A stretch of 64,000 nt of DNA from Ylistrum balloti (GCF_031769215.1 NW_026781892.1:1054001-1118000); one strand, 5' to 3'. Shown: positions 12,088 through 26,384, counted from the stretch's first letter. Translations and numbers: made by a program. The notes: generated by a model not told the origin, from the letters alone.

Positions 12088-15000
12088 ATGAGCGTTCTTG
12101 CACCTCCAGTGATGGGAGATACTTATGGGTCCGATAGACCAAAAGAAGTTTACTTCAGTCCGTACGCTCAAAATGGGGGGTACGTTTTATTTGTCGTCGT
12201 TCACATCTTAGAAAATGTACTGACTTCGCTTTTGTACCGTGTAGTGTACCCACGATCATATTCCCAATAGTTTTCACTGTCACTAGCACCAAATCTACAT
12301 GTATGTGTGCGAGGTCGATTTATCTCAGGCTGACTGATGTATGGTAATAAAACCTCATACCACTACGGGGGCTAACAAAAGGAAATATCTAATTAAAATA
12401 TTCCGTTTTCAGAAATTGAACTGGTCACTGTACTCGGACGTCATTAATACATTATCAATTCTCGTTTTTATTACTTTTTTTTTCAAATTAATCTTTTTCT
12501 GGAAAAAAAAGCATCTCGCCGTGTGTGAGTATGGTGGCCAGCTCAACTTTTGAAAAAGAAGTTTGTTGAAGACATTTTTACTGAGTTGAGCAGCAGAAAT
12601 CTTTTGTCTCACATAATAATGTTTCCTTTCTTACGTAAATTTATAAAGTATTTTATTCCATTTGCGTACTGTAAGTTTGCGGTTATGTGTCACTAAGATA
12701 TTTGTATATGACTACATTTTAATTGTGAGGTCACTTGGCATCAATTAGCATGTTAATATACTAGACAGATCGGACAAAACAAAAAATGATAATGTGGTTT
12801 ACGCATTCTGTAAATACAAATGCCATGTATTGAATCCATATCATAAATTAGTATTTTTCATTCTTTTTTAGTACAACTGTTGCTGTGTCTGGAGACGATT
12901 TCTCTGTAATAGCATCAGACACAAGACTGAGTGAAGGTTTTTCTATACACAGCAGGACTCTCCCAAAAACTGTTCAGTTGTAAGTGATAGTGGTTTTGAG
13001 AACTAAGAATTTGATACCATGTACATGTATAACATACTGGTGATGCTCATATTTATTAGCTTTTTCGAGGACTTGTCATGATCAGCGGCTTTCCTGCAAA
13101 TGATCAATGTATCATAATTCACATGGCCAGTTTCTTGGTAAAATCTTAATAGATTTCAAGATTAATTATCCAAAAGCATGAAAATGTATTTTATGAAGAA
13201 ATAATTGAGAAACTGACTTTCTTATGCAACGAGGGGAGCTCCAAATTATTGTATCAGAATGAGCTGCATTTGCCATACAAAAACTGTCATCTGTATCATA
13301 TGTTTGATCAATGTTCTATGGAGATTATGGCCTATTGTGGCATGCAGGGTGTGCCCTGACCTTCAGAAACTTTCATTTTGATTCCTTTAATTGACAAAGG
13401 ACCCCAAAACTACAGTTTTACTTTATTTCATATATGATGCAAGTCCCTGAACTGTTCAGTTCATGAATTTGAGGGTCCAAAGGGAAAATCCTGGCTATGT
13501 CAGTTGATTTCAATTACCAAGAGGTGAATTTTCCATTTTTAGTTAGCAACAACCTGATATTTACATGTCATGTATTTTATTATCTTTTACTACAAACATA
13601 ATTACAAAAACCAGATTTTTGTGCAGTAATATTTAAGTACTTCAAACACACTTCGAACAGCCATTATTTATTTCAGATGCTACTTTACTAATTTTATAAC
13701 AAATTTCTTTGAGTTGTTTACTGACAACATTTTGTGATATGTTATCTATGATCCACAGAACGGGTAACACAGTGCTAGCATCATGTGGATTTTATGGAGA
13801 TGTTCTCACTTTGACCAAAGTACTGAAAGCAAGACTGAAGGTGAGCTATTGCTAAAGGTTTTGAAAATAATACTGAAGAAATAAACTAGGGAGCAGATCT
13901 TAATGAAAGTTTTTAATAAATAGTTTTGACTGTTCAGTGTAAAAGTAAATTGATTATATTTCAAAATCTGCAGAAAATGTAGAAAATAGGAGAATGAACT
14001 TATAGTCAAGCATGTGTGCTTGGTAGATACATTGGTTAGCTATGACAGTATGTATTATAACAATATCCTGTTCATTATCAGTTGGTAAGGAAATATGTTT
14101 TTATGTTATAAGGAGAATTTATAAAATCATCTGCAATAATACAGTGATGACAATCTGAAGTGAACTAAAACAACTGCTCACTTTTATGGAAGTTAGTAAA
14201 ACACTACATCATTACAACTGTTGATTCCTGACATGTTAAAACTTTAAAGAAAACATTTTGTTGTTGATAGATATATGAACAGGACCACCACCAGAAGATG
14301 TCCACCACCGCCATTTCTGCTATGCTGTCCACCATGTTGTACCACAAACGCTTCTTTCCCTACTACACTGACAATATAGTTGCTGGCCTTGACAATGAAG
14401 GTAAGTATTATGATAAACAGATCAGTTATACTATATCATAGATTTCCGTTACCATCAGTATGTTATTGGATTTGGAGTTGTTTGAAAAACTTCACTTCAT
14501 AATTATGTTTGCAGGTCGTGGATGTGTGTTCAGCTTTGACCCTGTAGGATCATATGAGAGGGAGTCTTTTCGGGCTGGTGGCTCTGCTAGTTCCATGATG
14601 CAGCCTTATCTAGATAACCGGGTTCGTAGCTCTCAGAAAATAATCAGGACATGTGGCTGAAACGATGCTGGAACTATTAGATAATCTATATTCAATAATT
14701 ATGGGTGTGGTAATTGTACAGACATAATGTAGATTACAATGTAACAGTAAAATGTCATTACAGGAGTGGAGTTGGCTCATCAGTTTGCTCAAAACTATGA
14801 GGATGATGTAAAGATAACTTGGCCTTGTTGGAGTTAAACCAGACATTTTATTTTGACAAGGACTGAATCATTTTTAACAAATCTGTTGTTTCATGAATTT
14901 AGGCTTTGAATATGTAAAATATAGATTGGGTACAAGATGCACAGAGATGATGTGAATAAACTTCAAATTTCTATAACTGGATCATCTATATCTAAAGTTC

Positions 15001-16049
15001 TATATATCACTATTTTTAAGGATCTATTTTATTCATGAGAAAAGATGCCTTGGAAATTGAAAATATCAAAACAGTATGGCCATTATCATGACTTTTGTAA
15101 AAATTACACATCCAGTTTGCTTCAAAAGATTGATAAATTTCATAAAAAATTGAAAACCCTCTTCAATAATAACCATTACAGAACTGTTTGCTTTACATAT
15201 TGTAGTCTCTGCTTTCTCTGTCTCCCTTACAAATTTTCTTGTCTCCCTTCTAAACTACCTCATCTCCCTTCCAAAGTACCTGATCTCACTTTCAAATTAC
15301 CTTGTCTCTCTTCAGAATCCTCCTCTTCTCTCTCTTCAGAAGTATCCTCCTGTCTCCCTTTTAAGGTACCTTGTTTCCCTATAGAAGTATCTTGTCTCAC
15401 TTCAGAAGTATTCTGTCTCTTTTCTAAGGTACCCTGTCTCCCTTCTGGAGTGTCCAGTCTCCTTTCAGAAGTATCCTCTCTCCCTACAGAAGTATACTGT
15501 ATCCCATCAGAAATATTCTCCTGTCTCCCTTTAGAAGTATTCTGTCTCCCATTGAAAGTACCAGCCTCCCTTTAGAAGTATTCAGTCTCCCATCAGAAGT
15601 ACCAGTCTCCCATTTAGAAGTACCAGCCTCCCTTTAGAAGAATTCTGTCTCCCATCAGAAGTACCAGCCTCCCTTTAGAAGTATTCTGTCTCCCATCAGA
15701 AGTACCAGCCTCCCTTTAGAAGAATTCTGTCTCCCATTTAGAAGAATTCTGTCTCCCATTTAGAAGTATTCTGTCTCCCATCAGAAGTACCTCATCTTCT
15801 TTATCATGTATCCCAAGATGCTGCTGTTATATAATCAGTACATCCTGTGTTTTGTTTTGACAGATTGGACACAGAAACAACCCTAATCCTCCAAAAGGAC
15901 CCCTCACAAAGGAGCGGGCTGTGCAGCTTGTCAAGGATGCTTTCATTGCAGCAACAGAGAGAGACATTTACACTGGTGATGGTGTGGTAATACATGTGAT
16001 CACCAAGGACGGTATAGAAACACAAAGTTTTGGCCTCCGTAATGACTAG
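12088..16049 (+). CDS. PSMB1: Proteasome subunit beta type-1
   Basis: Exons 12088-12179, 12872-12979, 13759-13840, 14271-14400, 14515-14621, 15864-16049; motifs [65 protein letters not shown]; phases consistent. Confidence 0.96.
15225..15790. repeat. Degenerate about 21-bp minisatellite in PSMB1 intron 5
   Basis: Recurrent tgtctccc(t/a)t(t/c)agaagta units, more homogeneous toward the 3' end; explains spurious ORF 15045-15575. Confidence 0.85.
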
Positions 16050-16689
16050 GATAACATTATAGAAATCATCAGACGTTAAGGTGTCACCATCAACTATCAC
16101 AGGCATTCATCTAGACTTGAAGTGTCAAAGTACAGAATCTACTGACTTACTGTACAGTATGTACAACTGCACATGGGTAAAGTAAAGGACATCATGTCCC
16201 TCATTGTACAGACTTTACATCTAGGCATGGTGTGTTAAATGTAGGACATAATGTGTCCCACTGTATGGACAGAATATCTAGGCATGGTGTGTTAAGTTTA
16301 GAACAGCATGTCCTTCATGGTAGAGACTTCTACACCACAGCATGCTGTGGTAAGTGTAGAACCACATGTCTCCCACAGTACATATACACCTCTGTAGTAC
16401 CGGTGTAAGCATTTCCTGGACAATACTTCCAATGTCTGTTAGTTGATACCTTGAACTATGGGAAAATTGAAGTGCTACATACATATATGCTATCATCACT
16501 GAAAAAAAAAATGTTTGTCAAACATAATTTGATGAATAAAATTTGTCATGTTTGATATGTGTTTTATATTTTATGGATTCCGACAGAGACGTATATAACG
16601 TATATATGTGTTATATATGTCTCTGATTCCGATTAATAGTGTCTGTTGTGTCCATAAACAATTCTTGTTATGATTTCTTGAGAAAATCT

Positions 16690-17700
16690 TGATGGACCTT
16701 CCTAAAATTTCAGATGTACGTTCCCTTTGGTCCCTAGTTGCCCCCTTTTTATTTTGGAAATAATTATTAAAACAAAATGACTGATGGTGACCATCTTTGA
16801 TTTTGACTGTGAAAGTTCTTCCATATTTCTTGGGAAGTAGTAAGTGTGCCATATTGATATTAGAATTGCCTGTCAATTGGAAAAATAAAATGGCTGGCAG
16901 GTGGCCATATTAGATTGTGACAATGCTATCATGTGAAAATTTAATATGCAGGTTTCACTTGGTCCCTAGCTGTACTCTTTTAATTTGGGAATGGTCAAAT
17001 AAAGAAATTATGGACAGGCAGTCATCCTGTTTGACACTGAAAGTTCTTTATTGCTGTTTCTTGAAAAATACGGGATAAATCTTTATCAAATTTCATCTGT
17101 AGATTCCCCAAGGTCCCTAGAATTGCACTTTTGGTTTGATATAACATTTTTGTAAATTAAAAAAAATAGCTGCTAAGGTTTTTGATAAAAGGTTTCCCTA
17201 ATTCTTAAGAAATACTCCAATGTTCTTTTAAAATTTCCATGAAGGTTCCTAGTTGTGCCAGTTTTTGGAGGGGGGACTAATTAAGGGAAAACAATGGCTG
17301 GCAGGTGATTATCTTTTGGTTTTGTCCATGAAAGTTTTATCTGTATTTCTTGGGAAGCAGTTAGTAGGTCTTTATCAAAGATCACCTTGTTAGACAGTGA
17401 AAGTACTGAATGAATTTTCTAAAATTTCATAAGTGTGTCGCTAATTATGAAATTTGTGATTTTAAGACTAAAACACGATCAAGAAAAAAGATCAAACAAT
17501 CCCCAAGTCCTTCCTTAGTTGTGCCCTTTAGATAATGAGACTAATTAGGAGAACCAAACAACTTGAAGGCTACCATCTTGGGTTTTGACAATGAAAGTTT
17601 GTACATGTAATAACTACACCTGGTAATATTTGGGAGGAAGTCGTATATCTTTCTCAGATTTCAGATGTAGGTTCTCCTTGATCCCTAGTTGGGCCTAACT
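16690..17700. mobile_element. Decayed dispersed non-autonomous repeat with internal subrepeats
   Basis: Recurrent blocks ggtccctagttg, aaaatggc...ggccat(c/a)tt..attttg; similar blocks recur at about 6470-6520, 7250-7560, 24960-25380 and 40900-41450. Confidence 0.5.
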
Positions 17701-18460
17701 AATCTCAACTAAATGTATTGTTAACTCATCCATGATCTTAATGATACAAGGCAGCATACCAAGTTTACTCAAAATCTGTTCATATATCTGGAAAAGACCC
17801 AACAAATAAAGATCTTACGATGGATGGCTCCAAGATCTCTGTGAGATTTTGTCTTAATTACACTTGACATGAGAATAGAAATGATGTTTGCGGGTATGAA
17901 CTGTTACTATGCAGTCATAATAAATACTCATCAGTCGATTATGGGCATGTAAACAAACTTTATTACGACAACCATTACCGTCATCTTTATGACTAAACTT
18001 AATATGGATTCTCGACACTGAACTTGTGTCAAACCTTGCATGGTATTATCAATACAATCACCACCTTTACCAGCAGAAGCAACGAAAGCTTGATGTAAAA
18101 TAAAAAATCCCTCCGCTTTCCAGTAGCACCCTTTACTCATATTTACACACAAAAAAACTTCTTAACACATTCAACCACTTGATGATACATCTGGTAGTCA
18201 CCTTACTATTTTCTCAAAATAAGACAAAAATTGTGTCATATTTACAACGCCTTCAAGATTAGCAAGAAACACAATTGGATAGTAATGTCTACATAAAGAG
18301 TTCATAGTTGAAAATTTGCCTTTTAGCAATGAATGGTAACAAAATCTGTCTAACGTAATATGAAGTTTTCATAGCAAATGTAAATGTTGTAATATTATAA
18401 TACATCTGTAGCGCTGAGTGCTACAGAACGTACATTTTGAGTGCAGGCATTTCACATAGA

Positions 18461-21400
18461 TCACTTCTTCTTAGAGTGGAGAGGCTGGCCAATGTCCTTC
18501 CCACGAAGTTTTACGCCTGTAACAAAAAGTTCCAAGTGATTATATCAAATATGAGGATTAATAATAATTTCTTAGATACATAAATACTAGATTGCTAGTT
18601 TTCTGCCTCTGCACCAATTTCTACTATTTTCAGAGCTGTTACCAGAACAATATTTTGATATACTCTTAACAGTAATGATTTGTTGTGCATAACCATTACT
18701 TCTAATTGGATAAAGTTGTATGTCCATCAAGGCTGTCATTTTCCTCAGAAATCTCCAGTGGCATTTCTGAACATTCTGGGCATTCAATCCCTTCAGTGAC
18801 ATTTGTCCATCTTCCATCTTCATAACCCCACAATTGGCCTCTTCCTTTACCTTTGATACATATAACCCCTCAGGTAACATTTCCTTAAGTTCTATATAAA
18901 TTTCTTGTTGAGGCATAACCCTTTGAATGATGTTTCACAATCTTTTACAAGAGATTCACAGAGGAATACAGATTTAGGTTGACACAAGTCTTTGAACTAA
19001 CTGAACATTTACCAGTAATGTAAACTTACCTAAGCACCTTTCCAACTTTGAGATCACCTGTTGGTTTGGTATTGCTTTACCAGATTCATAGTCATTAATG
19101 ACTTGAGGCTTTTCATTTATTTTCTGAGAAAAAAAATACATAATGAATCATAGAAAGAAAACGAGGAAAGCTGTTATCCAAGGAAAATACTTAAACAAGA
19201 AATTTGTGATAAAATCTTAATTACCTCATTGTTTAGTCAACAGACTTGATATTGTTTGAGGTTATAGTAGCTATTTCAGACTGATACAAGACACAACAAA
19301 TCAGAATTACTGGGAAGTTATTCATTTACTTTATGACTTCTTTTCATTGAAGTTGTAAGCACTCTTAATCCACAAAATTGTTAAGTCCATGAAATGTTAA
19401 AATAAGTAGATTCATTGAGCTATATTTATCCATGATATCAAGAGTCTGTGGCCAAAGTATTTTTGTGAAAAACCACAAAAATTGAGACTCACATAATTTC
19501 ATGATCTTACAGTACATTATTGCTACATAAGAGGAATGAATTTCAGACAAAAACCTACTGTTGCCAACTCTTTTTGAGTCCACTCTTTCTCCTGTCTAGA
19601 CTTCTGTATCTGACGAGACAGACTCAATGTCACATGTTCATGGTGAAGTTCCTCAGTCTCACGGTCAAGTTTTGCTGTATTTTTGGCAGCTGATGATTGC
19701 TTGTTTTGAGAAGCAGCAACTGAAGATATAGTAACTTGTTTAACAAGAGTTGAAAAACATCCCTTCACTTTATGATTATCACTAAATCTGAAAGGTATGG
19801 TGCTCATCATTTTATCACTAAATCTCAAAAGTATGGCACACATTACTTTATCACTAAATCTGAAAGTATGGCACACATTAGTTTATCAATAAATCTGAAA
19901 GGTATGGCACAAATTACTTATCACTAAATCTGACAGGTACGGCACACATTATTATTGATAGTGATGATAATCATAACCTTTTTGTGAGCAATTTACTTTA
20001 ATGAACATGCTAATAGAAACAGTATCATAAAAGTTGTACATCACAAACTAAGACAGGCATAATACACAAAATATTCATTTTTTTCTGGTAGTTAATTCTG
20101 AATCTGTATTAATCATGTTCGGAGATCAGAAACCCAATGGGCCTGAATTGAGACTTTGTCAGTTAAGTCATTGTCTTGTTCAGCATACTTGAAAATCCCA
20201 ATCCCAAGTGACAAATTTCCATGACACATTGCCTCTTCATAAAAAAGGAGTCTCAGGGTTTTGACATATATGAATCTTGTATGCTTTTAAGTGGATCAAC
20301 TTTTTGATAGATCAAACTTGATTGTCCTTCATACCAGCAAGATATTGGTCAAATATCACGACCCTGGGACTATTTGTTACTGAGAGAAAAACATTTAAAG
20401 TATTTAACACTTTAGACTCCTTTCAATGAACTTGGTAACTCTTTTTTCCCAGCATGCTTCTGACCATGGGTTTTCCATCATGGAGAAGATGGTGCTTAAA
20501 TATTAGGATACAAATGACCTCTTTGGACTTTAAAAAGGGCATTTCAACAAATTTGGTATCACTTCATGTTGTTTAAATATTCAAACATATTTGACCTATG
20601 TGATCTTGAAACTATAGGTAATCCGACACTTCTAGCAGAATTGGGTAAGATGACCTAAATAAAAAAGAGAAAAATGTGCATACAACACACTATGTAGCAC
20701 TTCTGAAAAAATATTTGTGTATTGGTACCTTTAATGCTCAACTTTCTTGTAATTACATTTAAAATCAGTCATTTGAACATATGAAACAGTACTTACATTT
20801 TTTAGTTGTTTCTACAGCTTTTCCCTGTCTAAGTGCTGAGTTGATGGCCTGAAAATATTAATTTATATATATTCATATTTTCATTCAATTTTTCCTACCA
20901 GTATATATATATGTCTCCACCAATTATAAATGCATGTTAAGTGTATAGCATATTGTCTGGTCATGTATATAGATCAGATTATAACAAAGCATTTCTGATA
21001 TCTAATCCTTTCATAATTTAGGTATATTCATATTTGCAAATTAAACATCCTCCAGCAGGTAGCCATGACTTGTAAGGTACAAAATGAATATGATCAGGAC
21101 TAGCTATTGTAATCTGATCAACTTTTTTCTAAGCCAAAGGTCTATTGATGAAATATTTCAGATAGATACAAATTTACCTCTTCTAGGACCCATAAATAAA
21201 CATATATTTCAGCAATAATTCTGATAATTAATGTAAGGATTTTTTAATAATCAACGACGCTCTGACATTTGTGATACAGTACTACTTGAAAAATTGGTAT
21301 TCAACACTGGAGTGGGAGTAAGTAACCCTGGTAAATACTAGCCACTATACCACTCAGCTAGAGCGAACTTCTCTGTAGTTTGATCGGTTGAGCGTCAGAC

Positions 21401-23766
21401 TAGTAAGCCAGAGGTCTTGGGTTCGAATCCTGGCAGAGGCATTCAAATAAATAACGACCTTTATTACATATGCACACACTGGAGCAATGGCAAATCTGGC
21501 AATGAAGTCCAATCTGACTATAGGTATATAGACAAATGTATACAACTGAGCTATACATGGTTGCAATCATGGTGTGCACAAGGAAAAAATGGTCAACAAA
21601 TCTAGGAAGCTGGTAAAATGAATTATTTTTGTCATATGACACTATTTCATTTTTTAAGATTTTACATATTATACACAATATACAAAAGAATCCACACAAA
21701 AACATACACACACACTCTCACACTTGTGTGCTATGACTTGACTATGACTTACACATATATCGTCATAATCATCATCATCTTTATCATCATGCACATGTAT
21801 CTACTACTTCCTGCACACAAACTCACTCATCAAACATTCACACCCACTTACACTCACATAGCAAACTTACATGTACTTAACAAAATACTCACACACACAA
21901 ATACACAATCATATCACTTACACTTATCAAAGATATCTTCATACACATAAACTCACTCATGAATTCATTTATGTATATAAACAAAAAACATTATACATCC
22001 TAAACAAAGAGAGAGAGAGAGAAGAGTAAGAGAGAAAGAGAGAGCGAGAGAGAGAATTGGGAGGGTTATAATCATTATTAAATAAAAATAGCACTAATTT
22101 TGTGGAAATTAAATAAATTCAAAGTCAGTTTGGTAAAGTCAAGGCCATGGCCATTGGGAACAGACTTGTTAGCATACATACTATAGTTTCAAAATGGGCA
22201 TCCACTTTTTCCAATTATTCTCAAATTTTGTTTTCATAATAGAGTTTTTGACAGAAATGTTGTACTTTTGAACACGGAAATGATCCTTAATCTTATTTAT
22301 AAGCACATTTAAATTAAGAGACTTTTGTAGACATCTTGACATATAAACATAGTGTTTAATGAAAATTAAAATTTTGTTATCTACAGTGTTAGCATTAGGA
22401 TGGATAATTCCAAATAAATATGTTTCTTTGTTTATCAAGAAAGGAATCAGAAGAATATCAAGAAGAGATTCAAATCTCCCCAATAGAGTCTGTACCTCTA
22501 TACACTCCCATAGACAGTGGACGATTATATCTCTTTCCATATTATACAGTGTACATAAAGGGCTAGGAATTAGATTAATATTGAAAAGAAAGGAGTTCGT
22601 AACCAGAATGTGATGTATAATCCTTACTTGAAACCACTGTAGCTAAGAACTTTTTGTAATAGTAAACAGAATTGTTAATATATTTTTCCACTTCTGATCA
22701 TCGAAGTCAAACTCATCACTCCATTTCGAATACCAGTAGGGGTTGGTGCTGGTTTAATAATAGAATTGTAGAAATCGTTGACACCTCTTTTACTTTTATA
22801 AAAAAATTTCAAATAGAAGTGGTATAAAAGGCTGAAATAGTCCACTATTTCTGGTGAGTTGGTTGAATTTTGTCATTGCAATTTTGGTAGTTGCATCCCT
22901 TTATCAACATGTTCCGATAGTGAAACATGAAATTTCCTTAATTCATTATTAAAACACCTCATATTCCACCACACATATCACATTCATTGCAGGTTATAAA
23001 TTTTTGCTTGGAGACATCATGCTGAAAGCAAACCTGTGCCAAAATCTGCATCAATGGGATGCTTATATTATATGCGGACACTATATGTAATAGTGAATGA
23101 TGCAATATTGGATGGACCCGCTAGAGAGTTTGTTACAAAATAGCGAGTGTAGTGGATACCGAATAAATATGTAATGGTGATTTTTTTTAAATCGCCTGAA
23201 ATTGAGAAAATATGTCAAAGGGATTTACTTCACTGACTTTCATGATTTGTCATCCATTTTTTCGATCTGCTCGAAAAAAAATTGTGACCGGACCTCACCT
23301 GTATGTGTATATTCACCCTATATACAGATTTGACTGTATTGACCAATCTACCCGTATTGCCAGATTTGCATCGGTTGTTTGACAATGTCCGCAGTCGGAC
23401 ACTGTCAAATTTCCGATTTAAATGAGTCCCAATGAGGAATCCCAAAAGGGATTACTATATAAGCATGTTTTGAAAGTTTTTATTTCATAGATATCTACAC
23501 TTATGTAAGAGTAATTCGATTTTCTATGACAGGTTACCAACTCTGAACTGTAGACAGTTTCTGTCGTATTCTGTAGATTTTTAGACACTCATACTCATCA
23601 ATTTCGGTGGGAAAAGCGGGGACCTTATCACAGTATTGCACGATACAACACACTGACACACTCAGTTGGTCGTGTTTGAACCTCTCTCACACTGTACCTG
23701 TTGGGTGTTTGATTGACGGCCCCATCGGCTCCCAATCGTTTTGACTTCTGTATCAAACTCGGCCAT
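18461..23766 (-). CDS. EDF1: Endothelial differentiation-related factor 1 / MBF1-like, 143 aa
   Basis: Exons 23766-23698 (inferred, divergent), 20848-20797, 19719-19559, 19123-19030, 18516-18461; motifs [70 protein letters not shown]. Confidence 0.92.
21369..21441 (+). pseudogene. tRNA-Thr(AGT)-like relic or tRNA-derived SINE head in EDF1 intron 1
   Basis: A-box-like tagtttgatcggttgagc, loop CTAGTAA, B box GGTTCGAATCC, 6/7 acceptor-stem pairing; anticodon stem does not pair. Confidence 0.65.
22005..22055. repeat. (GA)n-rich microsatellite next to a CA-rich low-complexity tract (about 21700-21960)
   Basis: Direct reading. Confidence 0.85.
22170..22990 (-). mobile_element. 5'-truncated non-LTR retrotransposon (L1/Tx1-type ORF2 C-terminus)
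   Basis: Minus-strand reading [69 protein letters not shown] resembles the zf-RVT/C-terminal region of L1/Tx1 ORF2; contains an in-frame stop. Confidence 0.8.
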
Positions 23767-24240
23767 ACTGCTTTAAATTGTAGTTTATATTATGAATATC
23801 ACACACTTATGCAAGTACTGTTAAACAGTTCGTCTGTTCGTTGTTTTCGTTTGTTTCGAAATCGCGATGCAATATGGCGTGTTTTGTATTTATATTTAGA
23901 ATGTCGCACAACTACGTATTGGTTTATCATAGATATCCCAATACGATTGATATCATCAAAGTGTTGAATAATATAATTATTCAAGCTTTTTATCATAACA
24001 TTCTGGCATCGGAAAATTATATTAGATAAAATTAATATAAAATTTTGCGACACTCCAAAAAATGTCCGTACTTCCGGTGTTGCCCAGTCGATGTCAATTC
24101 TGCGTGTTAGGCTTGTGAATTCCAAGTTTGCTCTTAAAATTACTTTCGTTTTCATAATTAGTTCGATATGGCAGCGTGTTTTTGAAGTAAATTTTATTTT
24201 GTAGGAAGTAACGGAGAACTGATAAACAAAATTTTATCGG
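23767..24240. promoter_or_regulatory. Bidirectional promoter EDF1/BAG6 and candidate BAG6 non-coding first exon(s)
   Basis: CpG-retaining segment; ACTTCCGGT at 24070-24078; donor G|gtgagt at 24239/24240. Confidence 0.65.
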
Positions 24241-25504
24241 TGAGTATTCTCAAGTAAGAGGGAATTTGCCAACAACAGAAACTCCACAACACTGCGCACA
24301 GCCATTCATTAGAAAATCGGAGTACGGTGGTTTAAAATTTAGCTGATGAATGAAAGAATATATTACATTGTTCAAACAAACCCATTATAGAACACAATAT
24401 TATGAAATCCATGGAAGACTTGCCGCACCACGAAGATATATTTTAAGAAAGCTTGTAAACGAAATAATAGTATAACTGATCAGAGGATAATGGGCTCTGT
24501 GTCTTGTTTAGATGAGTTCGGCCTACTCTGATATTACCTATTGTCTGTGATTGGGATGAGAATACATGTTTATATATTGATAAATGTTTTACCATCTAAT
24601 TACTGTCAAAAGGCAAGTAATTCGTTTACGGAAGCTCCTGTGGTCTGTGTTTGAGAGGAAGTAGTAATTTCTTAGTTTTAAAATTTACTAAGTCTAAAAA
24701 CAGCCAGCTAATCCAATAGTGATTAGTAAAAATCTACATTCTGGAGCATTACACATTTAAATTTTTGAAGAGTTGTGTATTAAAAGTTTCTTTGAATTAT
24801 CTAAACCTTTCGGTTTCAGTTGTAAGTTGGTGTACCTTTTTAAGTGGAAAGTTCATATTCAATCATGATGTAAGCTGTCCAAGGCTAATCACATTAGCAG
24901 TTAATTAGTTTTTGTTGGGTTCTATATAGAAATACTGGAAGGATATTTCTCCAACTTCATCTGTAGGTACCTATTGGTTCCTAGTTGTGCACATTGATTT
25001 TCTAGACTGATTAGGAAGGCAATATGACAGAAAGGCGACTTCTTGGATTTAGACCAAGTTGTTGATCACTATGTCTTTGAAAAAATTTAAGAGGATGTTT
25101 CTCAAACTTGACTGAGGGGTTCCCCTTGGTCCCTAGTTGCTTAAGGACAATTTTGAGTTTGAATGATAAAACAAGATGGCTAACAGAGCATCTTGTATTT
25201 TGGCAGTTGAAGATTGTTAATGCTATTTCTCAAGAAGTACTGGAAGAATATTTCTCAAACTTGGTGTGAAGGTTCAGTTTAATCACTTCAGGTGTCTAAC
25301 CAAATGCCCAACAGTTATCTTAGATTTTACTATTTGAAGCTTGTTATGGCAATTTCTTAGATTTCATTTGTAGGTTTGGTTTTCAGTCTTTAAAAACTTC
25401 ATTCTTGAATAATTCCCATTTTCCAGTCTATGAAAATAACTGATCAAACAAATAGAAACTGAAAGTACACCTCTCCATTATAGATGAAGCTTTGATGCCA
25501 TTTA

Positions 25505-25680
25505 CAGGGTTTTCCATAAGAGCCGGTCGCCGGCCAATTTGACCGGCTACTTTGATCATTTGGCCACCTACACCAATCCAGTTCCGTAATAATGTTCCGT
25601 ACACGACTACACGTACACAGCAGGCCAGCCTCCTACTTTCACTACACAGCCTACTACTAACAAAATTATGGAAAACCCTG
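25505..25680. mobile_element. 176-bp MITE, perfect 15-bp TIR, apparent 6-bp TSD
   Basis: CAGGGTTTTCCATAA ... TTATGGAAAACCCTG; CATTTA on both flanks (25499-25504, 25681-25686). Confidence 0.85.
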
Positions 25681-26384
25681 CATTTAACCTTAATTCAAGT
25701 TATTGCAATTGTGAAGGAGTTCCTTGATTAAATCTCTTATGCTAGGCTTAAAAGATACTCAAATCTTGTCATTATTTCAGGGACAAATAAAATGTTGCAA
25801 TGGAATATATGTGTGTTCACAAAAAGGAGCAAAATCTTAATATTTTATAAGTATTCTCATCAGGAAAAAATTCTCATCAAGGAAAAAAAGTATCTCGGTA
25901 CAATCGATCAGTAAAGTTTAAAGATCGTATCCCTAACTAGACTAAAAGAAACTCTTGATTATATATTCTCCACTTCATCATTTTTCTTGATATTTCATTG
26001 AAGAGGCACCATCGGTTTAAAGCTCCATTTATGGGGAAAAAAATATGCTGCTTAAATTGCATACATATGAGGAATATAAGACATGTCTTATATATATATT
26101 TGAATTAATATGAAAAGAGTCCCTACTTGATAAATACTATTGTTATCATGATATATAGCTTTCCTTTCTGCAATTTGATCTATCCTTTCCATGAAGCCAT
26201 GCTGTGTCCATACCACATGCATGTGAGTTAAACTTGCCATGATTTAATGTTTTGGCTTCAAGTTAGTTTGTAGGAATACAAATATGTAATTTTCATTTCT
26301 ATTATTCTACCTGTTATTATAATACATTCTCTTATTGTATATACCAATACTTTCAGAATTTCAAGCACAATCTGAGATAAAAAC

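Noticed and set aside
15045-15575. 176-aa Leu/Pro/Ser ORF in PSMB1 intron 5
   Set aside because: Translation of a degenerate 21-bp repeat. Its unit does not match the PSMB1 acceptor, so it was also excluded from the junction-seeded class.
21369-21441. Functional tRNA-Thr gene
   Set aside because: The anticodon and D stems do not pair properly and there is no clear oligo-T terminator.
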